Assembly (NCBI GenBank): GCA_965215015.1
Contig: OZ244042.1
Location: 1,344,001-1,408,000 of the forward strand
Length of the DNA: 64,000 bases
From: Candidatus Poribacteria bacterium
GTDB taxonomy: Bacteria > Poribacteria > WGA-4E > PCPOR2b
Reading direction: 5' to 3'
The translations under genes were made by a program, and so were the position numbers. Below, one piece after another: positions 1-9,975 of this stretch (its first letter is position 1; every line of letters begins with the position of its first letter). The notes below the pieces were generated by a model that did not search any database, was not told where the DNA came from, and saw only the letters and a program-made list of their open reading frames with translations.

Positions 1-679
1 TAATACAACTTTCATTGGACCCCACCATAGCCTAGTCAGCCTTTTTGGCACACGAAGAATTGGAGGACAAAATCTCACCTGGTTTTCCCTATTTTTCTGG
101 TTCAATCGAGACAATCGCAGCCACCCGATGCCACACCAGCTCGAGGCGTTCAAACTGGCAGAACGGGGTAACCTTGATGTCAAAGGGTTGTCCCGTCTGA
201 TGCTGACGCTTATCATCATTGCGATGCCGTTATGTATTTTAATGTTGGTGAATGTCTTCTTCCAGTTGGGTGTGGATACCGGCAAGGTGGGGGGACAGAT
301 CAACAGTTTTGGGGGACGCTCGTATCGATTTCTACACGGTTGGCTCACGGCACCGCGAGATGCGGATACCGCGCACATCATCGCCATAACCATTGGGTTC
401 CTGTTTACCATTTTGCTGGCGGTGGTACGCAGTCACCTGTTTTGGTGGCCCATCCACCCGCTCGGTTACGGTGTTTCCTTCCACATGTACACCTTTTGGG
501 CGGCGTTTATCGTCGCTGCTGTTGCCAAGTGGGTGGTACTGAAGTATGGAGGCATCCGGCTCTATCGGAGGGCTGTCCCGTTTTTCTTAGGACTGGTGCT
601 GGGCGATTTCGTGATTGGAAGTTTTTGGAATATCTTGAGCATTATGATTAACCGACCAACCTATACCTTCTATTACTAG
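1..679 (+). CDS. Multi-pass membrane protein, DUF6785/DUF6784-like (5'-truncated by window edge)
   Basis: Frame is open from position 2. Hydrophobic segments, WWPIHPLGY and PFFLGLVLGDF motifs. Confidence 0.65.
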   Translation, partial: NTTFIGPHHSLVSLFGTRRIGGQNLTWFSLFFWFNRDNRSHPMPHQLEAFKLAERGNLDVKGLSRLMLTLIIIAMPLCILMLVNVFFQLGVDTGKVGGQINSFGGRSYRFLHGWLTAPRDADTAHIIAITIGFLFTILLAVVRSHLFWWPIHPLGYGVSFHMYTFWAAFIVAAVAKWVVLKYGGIRLYRRAVPFFLGLVLGDFVIGSFWNILSIMINRPTYTFYY

Positions 680-699
680 GGTGTGTTGGCATTTGACAG

Positions 700-1040
700 C
701 TCGTAGGTCAAAGACTCTCGGAACGGAGTTGGGTTTCACGGTTTCCGTTCAACCCAACACCCAATCCAAAGGAAGTGGGAAACAGCAGTAGACCCGCTTC
801 GTCGTGCCATCCCCCTGCTTGCGGGGGGATAGAGGGGGGGTAGGGGGGACAACCCACCGGGTATTTAGCAGGGGGAGGAGGGGTTATGGCATACAGAGTA
901 TGCCTACTACTGGCAACTTACCTTATCATCAGCCAGGTTGCTAGATAGCCTGTAGGTCGACTTTCCATACTTGACATCTACTAAAAACAACTTATAGACG
1001 GAACACCAACCCGCCGGGCGAGGGAACCAAGCCGTTACGA
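700..1040. repeat. Cluster of REP-like (GTAG/GTTG-type) palindromes
   Basis: Imperfect inverted repeats such as gttgggtt...aacccaac, ggcatac-aga-gtatgcctac and cccccctgcttgcgggggg. Confidence 0.5.
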
Positions 1041-1123
1041 TTAGGTATTTATCGACGAATGACGGACACGACTCACATAAATGTCAACAGAATCTAGTTT
1101 GAATAACGTGAAAGGAGGCTGCA

Positions 1124-2449
1124 ATGCCTAAAAGCTGTGACACGATGGTTGCCCTACCAAGTGCAACCAAAGGGAACCAAACAATCTTTGCTAAAAATAG
1201 TGACCGCCCGGCGGTCGAATGTCAGCCACTCGTGCAACGCGCAAGAGAGGCCCATCCCACTGGCGAGGGCACAAAATGCCAATTTGTTGAACTCCCCGGA
1301 GTGGCCACAACCTATCGTCATATCGGTTCGCGTCCATATTGGTGTTGGGGATACGAACACGGATTTAACGAACATCAGGTCGTGATTGGAAATGAGGGAT
1401 TAGCATCCAAATATGAGTTTGATTCCCCGAAATTAATTGGCATGGAGCTGATACGGCTCGGTTTGGAACGCGCGGAAACTGCCGCCGAAGCGGTTACCGT
1501 CGTGACAGAGTTGATTACAAAATATGGTCAAGGGAAATTCAGCAACGATCAAGGGGTTCGCACCTACGACAACGGCTATATCATCGCTGATCCGAAGGAG
1601 GCGTATATCCTCCAGACTGCAGGGCACGAATGGGCGGTTAAACAGGTTCAGGGTGCAGTGGGAATCAGCAACGTCTATTCTATTGAGGAGGACTGGGATT
1701 GCCTATCGTCCAACAGTGTGGACGGAGCAATTGCACAAGGTTGGTGGGCGGATACTTCGGTACGATTTAATTTTTCCGAAGCCTACAGCCGCGAGGCGGA
1801 TCGCTCGGTAGGGAGTGGGGCCATGCGTCTAGGGCGTTCGTGCGCGGTGCTTAGCAGATACACCGGCAGCATTGACGTGCAAACCATGATGGCATTGTTG
1901 AGCGACCACTCCGATGGGAGTAAGCCTAATGAACCTTTTCAAACGGAGATTTCGGGTGGGACCTCCATCTGTGTTCATCACGATGATAAGGGTGAGGGTG
2001 GAAACACTGCTGCGAGTCTAGTCGCACACCTCTGCGACGACGGTTCACGCTTGCCTGTCTACTGGTGCAGCCTCTATTCACCCTGTTTAAGCGTTTTTCT
2101 GCCGATGTTTATTGAAGGGGAGCTGCCGCCGGTCTTGGCAATTGGCGATGACGTGCCTTCCGATGACAGCCCGTGGTGGTTATTCCGCCAACTGAGTCTA
2201 AAGCTGCGTCTGGAGGAACCGACCCAAATCCCAACTGTTCAGGAGAAATGGAAGGAAATCCAGACCAAGCTGTTCACGACAGCTTATGAGATAGCCAAAG
2301 AGGGGAAATTCCTCATTGAGCAGGGACATGAAAGTACCGCCAATCAACTCCTGACGCGATATATGGCGGAGAATGTGGAGATGATGTTAGGAACAGTCCG
2401 GGGGAGGTTATCAGGTGTTGAGCAATCCATCGAAATGGCTGCAGGTTGA
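1124..2449 (+). CDS. Peptidase C69/secernin family (Ntn hydrolase)
   Basis: N-terminal SCDT, FAKNSDR and WGYEHGFNEHQVVIGNE motifs. SD aggagg. Confidence 0.88.
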   Translation: MPKSCDTMVALPSATKGNQTIFAKNSDRPAVECQPLVQRAREAHPTGEGTKCQFVELPGVATTYRHIGSRPYWCWGYEHGFNEHQVVIGNEGLASKYEFDSPKLIGMELIRLGLERAETAAEAVTVVTELITKYGQGKFSNDQGVRTYDNGYIIADPKEAYILQTAGHEWAVKQVQGAVGISNVYSIEEDWDCLSSNSVDGAIAQGWWADTSVRFNFSEAYSREADRSVGSGAMRLGRSCAVLSRYTGSIDVQTMMALLSDHSDGSKPNEPFQTEISGGTSICVHHDDKGEGGNTAASLVAHLCDDGSRLPVYWCSLYSPCLSVFLPMFIEGELPPVLAIGDDVPSDDSPWWLFRQLSLKLRLEEPTQIPTVQEKWKEIQTKLFTTAYEIAKEGKFLIEQGHESTANQLLTRYMAENVEMMLGTVRGRLSGVEQSIEMAAG

Positions 2450-2479
2450 AATATGTCGCCGCTGAAAGGAAGATAATCT

Positions 2480-3223
2480 ATGGCAGATCTTTCGATTATT
2501 CCACAACATTTGAATCCTGAGCTTAGCCCTGAATTGGTGCAGGAGGTCGCTTTTTTTTTGAAATGGGGGTATCTTGTTGTAGAGGAAGCTATCAGTCAAG
2601 AACAGGTGGAAGTGCTGCGCGAGGCGTTGGATGAGGTCTCTGATAGGAAGGGTGAGCAGTTCACCCACCAACTCTTGGAGGAAGATGATCGCTTTACATT
2701 TCTCCTGGATAACCCGCCGGTGCTCACGCGCATGAAGGCTATCCTCGGTAACTGCGTCCAACTCCATAGCGCGACCGCTCGCGTGACGCAGCCGGGTGAG
2801 CCGGATCAGAACTGGCACCGTGATGGTCCCTGGCCAATGGCACCGGAAAATACGCCTTACGGCAGTATCCCCGGTCAAATAAACTGTGGGTATTTCCTCG
2901 ACGAATTGACGACAGAGAATGGGCCTATTGCGATTGTTCCCGGCAGCCAACGGGTCCCCTTCCGTCCACCAGAGGGGCATCCACATTTTCCCGACGAAAA
3001 ATTTGTTCTTGCCACACCGGGGCAGGCTGTTATGTTTGATGGATGGATTTATCATCGTGGTGTTGCCAACAGCTCTGACCAGCGGCGACGGGTTTGCTTG
3101 ATGTGTTACCAGAATGCGTGGATGAAGTCCCGCGAACCCTTCGATGGACCGCGTGTCACAAAGCTGCGCGAAAATGGCACGCCGGACCAGCAGCTCCTCC
3201 TTGGCGGGATACCACATTGGTAG
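2480..3223 (+). CDS. Phytanoyl-CoA dioxygenase (PhyH) family protein
   Basis: GYLVVE, WHRD, GPIAIVPGSQ and HRG motifs. Confidence 0.9.
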   Translation: MADLSIIPQHLNPELSPELVQEVAFFLKWGYLVVEEAISQEQVEVLREALDEVSDRKGEQFTHQLLEEDDRFTFLLDNPPVLTRMKAILGNCVQLHSATARVTQPGEPDQNWHRDGPWPMAPENTPYGSIPGQINCGYFLDELTTENGPIAIVPGSQRVPFRPPEGHPHFPDEKFVLATPGQAVMFDGWIYHRGVANSSDQRRRVCLMCYQNAWMKSREPFDGPRVTKLRENGTPDQQLLLGGIPHW

Positions 3224-3355
3224 GGTTTTACGCACTCTGCAACATAAGAAGAAGAGCTAAAGCAGATTAGAAAATTGAAAAAGGTAACATTTTCCACGCG
3301 AAAAATGCCAAAGTTGTTTCCATTTCAGAATTGAGCGTCTTATCGTGATTAGGTC

Positions 3356-3387
3356 GTAGGGGCAAGCCTTGTGCTTGCCCTTTTTTT
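3356..3387 (+). terminator. REP-like hairpin followed by a T-tract (intrinsic terminator)
   Basis: gggcaagc-cttgt-gcttgccc followed by T7. Confidence 0.6.
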
Positions 3388-3516
3388 ATGGTTTCTATCT
3401 CATTGATTGGAAAAGTAATATTTTACCCATTTTCCACGCGAAAATATCAAATTGTTGCCATATCGGGGTCGAGAGTGTTGTTGACCGTTCATTGTATTAC
3501 AAATAATTACATTCTT

Positions 3517-6500
3517 GTTTCAATCTCATACTTGAGATTCTTATCGTTGGTTGTCGGCTGTTACCGTTGGTGGCAATATCAGCATCAAACATGTTTCAAT
3601 CTCATACTTGAGGTTCTTATCGTTGGTTGACGAAAGCCAGCCTCCAATGAAGCCTAAAATCGTGTGGTTTCAATCTCATACTTGAGATTCTTATCATTGG
3701 TTGATATACGAATCTTTCGCCTCGTTGTCGCCTTCAACGTTTCAATCTCATACTTGAGATTCTTATCATTGGTTGCAACGATAGCTGGCATCGGCATGAA
3801 CATGAAAATGTGTTTCAATCTCATACTTGAGATTCTTATCATTGGTTGTCGCATGACGGTAAACGCCACGACGGGGGCGCTGGATGTTTCAATCTCATAC
3901 TTGAGATTCTTATCATTGGTTGTGGACGGAGGCAAATCAAAGGAGATTTGATGAATGTAACATTAGTTTCAATCTCATACTTGAGATTCTTATCATTGGT
4001 TGGTTATGTATGCGCTAGATAGTCTCTACGACGTAGATGGTTTCAATCTCATACTTGAGATTCTTATCATTGGTTGTCATTATGAATTGTAACACGAATC
4101 AACCCCATCCGTCGTTTCAATCTCATACTTGAGATTCTTATCATTGGTTGCCGAGCGTCGGGGCAATCGCATCCGCCCCCCGGTAGGTTTCAATCTCATA
4201 CTTGAGATTCTTATCATTGGTTGATCGCATGAACACCGCCACCGCAGGCGCGGTCGTGCATGTTTCAATCTCATACTTGAGATTCTTATCATTGGTTGCC
4301 AGATCGAACCCGTGTCCCGTACTTTTATCGAAGAGTTTCAATCTCATACTTGAGATTCTTATCATTGGTTGACTGCCAACTGGGGCGACGGCGACATGTG
4401 GAAATTAGTTTCAATCTCATACTTGAGATTCTTATCATTGGTTGCACAGGAACGGGGGCTAACCATCACCCCTTGACAAATGTTTCAATCTCATACTTGA
4501 GATTCTTATCATTGGTTGGACGCTCCCGCGTTGACTGCGATGACCACCCTCGGTATGTTTCAATCTCATACTTGAGATTCTTATCATTGGTTGTGATGGA
4601 CGGCGTTGATTTAATGCACCATGCGCTTGAAGTTTCAATCTCATACTTGAGATTCTTATCATTGGTTGAGCGCCGTTGCATTCACGAATATGCCCTCATC
4701 CTGTAGTGTTTCAATCTCATACTTGAGATTCTTATCATTGGTTGATTCAGGCGTCATAACGGTAATTGCAATGCACGATAGTTTCAATCTCATACTTGAG
4801 ATTCTTATCATTGGTTGTCCTTAAACTCTGCGTTCAAAATCGAAAACAAATGACTAAAGTTTCAATCTCATACTTGAGATTCTTATCATTGGTTGAGTCA
4901 AGTCTCTCATTCAAACATATGCTCTCAGACCAGTTTCAATCTCATACTTGAGATTCTTATCATTGGTTGAGCCTTGGCTTCAGCTTTGACCTCGTCGCTG
5001 AAGTATAGTTTCAATCTCATACTTGAGATTCTTATCATTGGTTGGTAACTCTTGCGTAATACACGAAACGCATGACCGTTGTTTCAATCTCATACTTGAG
5101 ATTCTTATCATTGGTTGTAAGAATGAAGACTAGTAGGGACGAGATATACGTAAGTTTCAATCTCATACTTGAGATTCTTATCATTGGTTGCGTAGACATT
5201 TATGTCTACGTTTCGTCTACACTTGTCGTTTCAATCTCATACTTGAGATTCTTATCATTGGTTGATGAAGCGACGGCGGATGTGGAGTCAAAATCAATCT
5301 TGTTTCAATCTCATACTTGAGATTCTTATCATTGGTTGCCTTAGCAAATGTATCAGAAAAAGGTGATATTCTCCAGTTTCAATCTCATACTTGAGATTCT
5401 TATCATTGGTTGTAGATACGCTTTTTCGGTTTGATGCTTGACGTTGTTGTTTCAATCTCATACTTGAGATTCTTATCATTGGTTGGCCCTCTGGTGATTG
5501 ACTCACACGAGGTAGCACTGAAGTTTCAATCTCATACTTGAGATTCTTATCATTGGTTGGCATTTTTACTTGACTTGTGTAACGTCATATGTTATAAGTT
5601 TCAATCTCATACTTGAGATTCTTATCATTGGTTGTCCGCCGACGAGGTCTTAAATGCACAGTTACAAGAGAGTTTCAATCTCATACTTGAGATTCTTATC
5701 ATTGGTTGATGGTCTACGAAGATATGCGAGCGAGGCTTCTGAAAGTTTCAATCTCATACTTGAGATTCTTATCATTGGTTGTGAACCGCAGCAAATGGAA
5801 AGAACAGTACCGGTTCAAGTTTCAATCTCATACTTGAGATTCTTATCATTGGTTGTGTCGCTTCACGACCGTCGGGGGCAGGCGTGGGTCGGTTTCAATC
5901 TCATACTTGAGATTCTTATCATTGGTTGATATGCCATCGGCATCGTGTCGTCTATCCATCTGCTGTTTCAATCTCATACTTGAGATTCTTATCATTGGTT
6001 GGCATTTTTACTTGACTTGTGTAACGTCATATGTTATAAGTTTCAATCTCATACTTGAGATTCTTATCATTGGTTGCCAATTCGGGGACGTCCCCGACCT
6101 TGGGGGCGACGGCTATTTATGTTTCAATCTCATACTTGAGATTCTTATCATTGGTTGCTTGCCTCCGTCGGCGCAGCCGACACACGGATTAGCGTTTCAA
6201 TCTCATACTTGAGATTCTTATCATTGGTTGCTGATCAGAGTGCATCCCGTATGCCATCTCGTAAAAGAGTTTCAATCTCATACTTGAGATTCTTATCATT
6301 GGTTGTGAGAGAGAATGCACGAGGTATCCAAAACTCAATCAAAGGTTTCAATCTCATACTTGAGATTCTTATCATTGGTTGCAAACTCGGCGACGGCGGC
6401 AGTAAAAGCCGTTTTCCGTTTCAATCTCATACTTGAGATTCTTATCATTGGTTGAGGGACGGTTTCGACCGTCCCTTTTCGTAGAGATTTGTTTCAATCT

Positions 6501-7040
6501 CATACTTGAGATTCTTATCATTGGTTGTTCAATTCGTTCAGTGGGACGCCAAAGGCGTTTATAGTTTCAATCTCATACTTGAGATTCTTATCATTGGTTG
6601 CGATAGGCACGCCTTCACTCGTCGACTTGCACCGCGTTTCAATCTCATACTTGAGATTCTTATCATTGGTTGCCGCGAGTATACTTTCGTAGCATACCAG
6701 TAACACCAATGTTTCAATCTCATACTTGAGATTCTTATCATTGGTTGCAGGTATAGACGCACTCAAAAATTACCTCACGGGTGTTTCAATCTCATACTTG
6801 AGATTCTTATCATTGGTTGAGATTGTGGTTCCTGACGCGGATGGACGTAAGAAAATGTTTCAATCTCATACTTGAGATTCTTATCATTGGTTGAGTCCGT
6901 AAGCGTATCAGTCAACGCAAGACCCTCGAAGTTTCAATCTCATACTTGAGATTCTTATCATTGGTTGTGCAGAAGTAAACGACCCCAAGAAAACGGCTAT
7001 CATGTTTCAATCTCATACTTGAGATTCTTATCATTGGTTG
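3517..7040 (-). CRISPR. CRISPR array: 48 repeats of 37 bp and 47 spacers (about 35-44 bp)
   Basis: Repeat CAACCAATGATAAGAATCTCAAGTATGAGATTGAAAC on the minus strand, with an AATCTCA/TGAGATT stem and ATTGAAAC handle. Variant repeats at 3517 and 3593 mark the trailer. The leader faces cas2. Confidence 0.99.
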
Positions 7041-7260
7041 AGCCTACCATTTCAGATCCGTATTGGTAAGGGGTTGCCCCCGTTGTTTCTGTCAGGTCCG
7101 TTTTCGTTACTGTATTGGCGTTCTATTACACGCCACTTCCTGAATCTGTCCATTGTCAATCCGTGGCTGTAACTGGCTTTGCGAAATTACTGTCAGGGTA
7201 GCGGGTTTTTGCTAGCTCTGCACCTCACAGGTTTCAATCTCATGATTGTGTACCTGATTA
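7041..7260 (-). promoter_or_regulatory. CRISPR leader
   Basis: Non-coding segment between the cas2 stop and the first canonical repeat. ctgtcagg is repeated at 7089 and 7190. Confidence 0.75.
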
Positions 7261-7533
7261 TTACACAATGTACGATTTTCTGTCAACCTCTTTTTCTACG
7301 CCAATCCGTTCAATTCCTTTCTCGCAAGACCGGCATAAGTGGTAGAAGGTCACAGAATCCTCCTGTAGGTTGATGGCTTCCATAAGCCGATACTGCAAAC
7401 GAAGGTAGGCACGTCGATCGGTATTGCACTCAAATAGGCTATATTGGATGCGTTTGCCGAAATCCAGCAAAATTTTGGCAACCGCGTTTCGCCTCCGGTC
7501 ATTGGTAATATCATAGGCAACTGCGTAAAACAT
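7261..7533 (-). CDS. cas2: CRISPR-associated endoribonuclease Cas2
   Basis: VAYDI and RIQYSLFEC motifs; 90 aa. Confidence 0.97.
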   Translation of the reverse strand: MFYAVAYDITNDRRRNAVAKILLDFGKRIQYSLFECNTDRRAYLRLQYRLMEAINLQEDSVTFYHLCRSCEKGIERIGVEKEVDRKSYIV

Positions 7534-7638
7534 TGATTACAGATCTCCTCTAGGACATGCCTTTATTGTTTGAAAAGTAACCCCAAAAAAAACCTTCTCT
7601 CCCTTTCCTCCTCATTCCCATCTTCCCCCTCTGTGGTC

Positions 7639-9276
7639 TCATCGCACTGTCAGGGGCGTATAGGTTTCAATCTCTCCTATTAGACACTTGGCAAGCAATC
7701 GTACCTGTAATTCCAAAGCGCGGCGAAAGATAATTTTGTACTTGAAAACAGGGTGTGTAATCGTCTCATTTTTACGCTTCTCGTAGGCGGCGTAAAACTT
7801 CTTACGAGCAGGGTCTTTGAGGAACCAACCGCCGTGGGATTGGGTAAAATCGTCTGGCGTGATTTGCCGATTGTTGATGAGTGTTATCACAACCGAATCG
7901 GCGATAATCGGGCGAAATTCTTCCATCAGGTCCAGTGCGAGGCAGGGACGCCCATAAGTCTGTTGGTGGAAAAAGCCAACATAGGGATCAAGGCCGACGA
8001 TCTGGATTGCGGAGATAACATCTGCGGTCAGCAGGGAGTAGGCAAAACTGAGCAGGGCGTTGGTTGGATCTTTGGGAGGCCGCCGCGTCCGATGTTCAAA
8101 ACCGAACCCCATCTCCGCATTCAGCATTGATGAGAAAGATCGAAAATAGGCCGCCGATGCGTTTCCCTCAAACCCAAGCAATTCAGACAGATTCTCTGCT
8201 TTAGGGAGGTGCCCTCGCATTTTCTGCATCCCCGCGATACTTGATTCGATAGTGGCTTCTTCAGCGTCTGTTTCGGTCTTACCTCGCCATTTCCGACGTT
8301 GGAGCATCAACCGCATGTTACTAATTTTACCATGCACGAACGCCTTCGCAAGCGCGAGGCACTTGTCTGGGGCGTCTGCGACCCGATGTTGGGCGACACG
8401 CAGGAGTGAGTTCCGGGATATTTGGGGCATCAGTGTCCCCTGATAACGTCCGTATGCGGACAGGTAAACAACGGGAATCCCTTCGTTGAGTAAGGTCTGC
8501 ATCACTGGGGTTGTCACGCTGATGTTTCCGCAAAGCACAACTTGCCCAAGGTGAATGAGCGGGATGTCACGGATGGTTGCTCCCTCTTTGACCACGAGTA
8601 GACGTTCCCCAGTCTTTTTGAGGAGGCAGCCCGACTCATCAACATACAACACGTTGTCAATGCCGAGAGTGGGCTTAATTCGTTTGGGCCGGTCGTCCAG
8701 TTTATTAAGATAGGCAACCTCGTCTGGCAAGCAGATACCCCGGACGCTACACCCGTTGCAGCGGTTGTCGTGGACAGGTTCAGGGATCTTTCTGGTCTGC
8801 AACAACGATTCAGCGTCCGAGACAAAGGCGCGACTGATCTGCCGCAATTCGGCGTTAAAGACAACCTTGCGGCGGCGTTTGGAACCGATGTAGTAGATAT
8901 AACCATGTGGGACCATAGCACCAGTACTCTCTTCGATCAGCATTCCTTGCAGACAGAGTTGGACTTGATCGTTGAGCCAGTTGCCGGTGCCGGCTTTCTT
9001 GTATTCGACCGGATACGGCACACCGTCCTTCTCTTCAATCAGATCGAGATAACCGGCGACACCAAGAGCGTCAGAAGCGAGATATTGCCGACGAGAGACC
9101 TTCGTTCCGCGTTCGTTGCGGTCTTTCATCGCTATATCGACACGGGCATGTTTTATCTTCCCTTCTTCAACATGCTCGTTAATTATCTGATGCCCCTCAA
9201 CGGATTCGTAGTAAAATCGGCGTGGACAGAAAACGTAGGTGTTTATCTGCGAAAGTGGTATGTAGGTTTCGGACAT
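7639..9276 (-). CDS. cas1: Cas4-Cas1 fusion protein
   Basis: N-terminal Cas4: CPRR, PVEYKK, QVQLCLQ, CxxCxxxxxC. C-terminal Cas1: GFEGNAS, RRPPKDPTNALLSFAY, LALDLMEEFRP. Confidence 0.95.
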   Translation of the reverse strand: MSETYIPLSQINTYVFCPRRFYYESVEGHQIINEHVEEGKIKHARVDIAMKDRNERGTKVSRRQYLASDALGVAGYLDLIEEKDGVPYPVEYKKAGTGNWLNDQVQLCLQGMLIEESTGAMVPHGYIYYIGSKRRRKVVFNAELRQISRAFVSDAESLLQTRKIPEPVHDNRCNGCSVRGICLPDEVAYLNKLDDRPKRIKPTLGIDNVLYVDESGCLLKKTGERLLVVKEGATIRDIPLIHLGQVVLCGNISVTTPVMQTLLNEGIPVVYLSAYGRYQGTLMPQISRNSLLRVAQHRVADAPDKCLALAKAFVHGKISNMRLMLQRRKWRGKTETDAEEATIESSIAGMQKMRGHLPKAENLSELLGFEGNASAAYFRSFSSMLNAEMGFGFEHRTRRPPKDPTNALLSFAYSLLTADVISAIQIVGLDPYVGFFHQQTYGRPCLALDLMEEFRPIIADSVVITLINNRQITPDDFTQSHGGWFLKDPARKKFYAAYEKRKNETITHPVFKYKIIFRRALELQVRLLAKCLIGEIETYTPLTVR

Positions 9277-9322
9277 GGTTTAATACTCCAGATTCATCGA
9301 ACCGGTGCGTAATGGAAATGCC

Positions 9323-9351
9323 TTGATTTTTAAGTTGTTGTCAGCTATAAT
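9323..9351 (+). promoter_or_regulatory. Sigma70-type promoter of the TA operon
   Basis: TTGATT-N17-TATAAT ending 10 nt before the ATG at 9362. Confidence 0.7.
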
Positions 9352-9361
9352 AAGAAGAGTC

Positions 9362-9619
9362 ATGTATCAGATTCGATATCGATCAAGCGCGGTTAAGGTA
9401 CTCCAGCGGCTGCCCAGTAATGTAGCGAAAACTATTGTTCGCAAGATTAACCAACTTGCTGAGAATCCCCATGCGCCCAACAATAATATAACACAACTTA
9501 CAGGTCAGCCGGGATACCGGCTCAGAGTAGGTGACTGGCGAGTGCTGTATGAAATCCATGATGACACTCTCGCCATTGAAATCATAAAAATTGGACCGAG
9601 AGGCAGTGTGTATAGATGA
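9362..9619 (+). CDS. RelE/ParE-family toxin
   Basis: GYRLRVGDWRVLY and IGPRGSVYR motifs; 85 aa. Confidence 0.9.
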   Translation: MYQIRYRSSAVKVLQRLPSNVAKTIVRKINQLAENPHAPNNNITQLTGQPGYRLRVGDWRVLYEIHDDTLAIEIIKIGPRGSVYR

Positions 9620-9975
9620 ACTTTGAAACAGTTGAAAGAAACAGCCAAAAATTTGTTCTTGTCCCGATGGAACAGTATAATCAACTCCTCGCCGATCTGG
9701 AGATGTTAAGAGACGCCCATGATTTTCGTGGATCGAAATCCGTTGACGAGGAAACCTTCCCCGACGAGGTAATTAATCGGTTGATTCTCAATGAGGAGAA
9801 TCCAATCAAGGTCTACCGAGAGTACCGGGGAATCACACAGAAACAACTTGCAGATAAAATCAGCATTCAACGTGGATATCTAGCAGAGATTGAGACAGGA
9901 CGAAAGTCCGGTTCCATCAAAACGTTGAAAGCAATTGCTGAGGCACTTAATATCGATTTGATGTCAATCCTGTAA
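9616..9975 (+). CDS. Xre-HTH antitoxin (HigA-like)
   Basis: C-terminal HTH YREYRGITQKQLA...YLAEIETGRK. 4-nt overlap with the toxin stop. Confidence 0.85.
   Translation: MNFETVERNSQKFVLVPMEQYNQLLADLEMLRDAHDFRGSKSVDEETFPDEVINRLILNEENPIKVYREYRGITQKQLADKISIQRGYLAEIETGRKSGSIKTLKAIAEALNIDLMSIL

Noticed and set aside
2411-3235. Long antisense ORFs (also 38669-39394, 48343-49026, 62320-62883)
   Set aside because: Shadows of well-supported genes on the opposite strand.
3388-6766. Many ORFs with repeated VSISYLRFLSLV / TNDKNLKYEIET peptides
   Set aside because: Translations of CRISPR repeats, not genes.
3554-7003. Self-targeting by main-array spacers within the window
   Set aside because: No match found by eye. 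An alignment is needed, so this is not excluded.
7664-7674. 11-bp match to the repeat end (gtttcaatctc) in cas1
   Set aside because: Lies in coding sequence (EIET) with no stem or partner repeat; probably chance.
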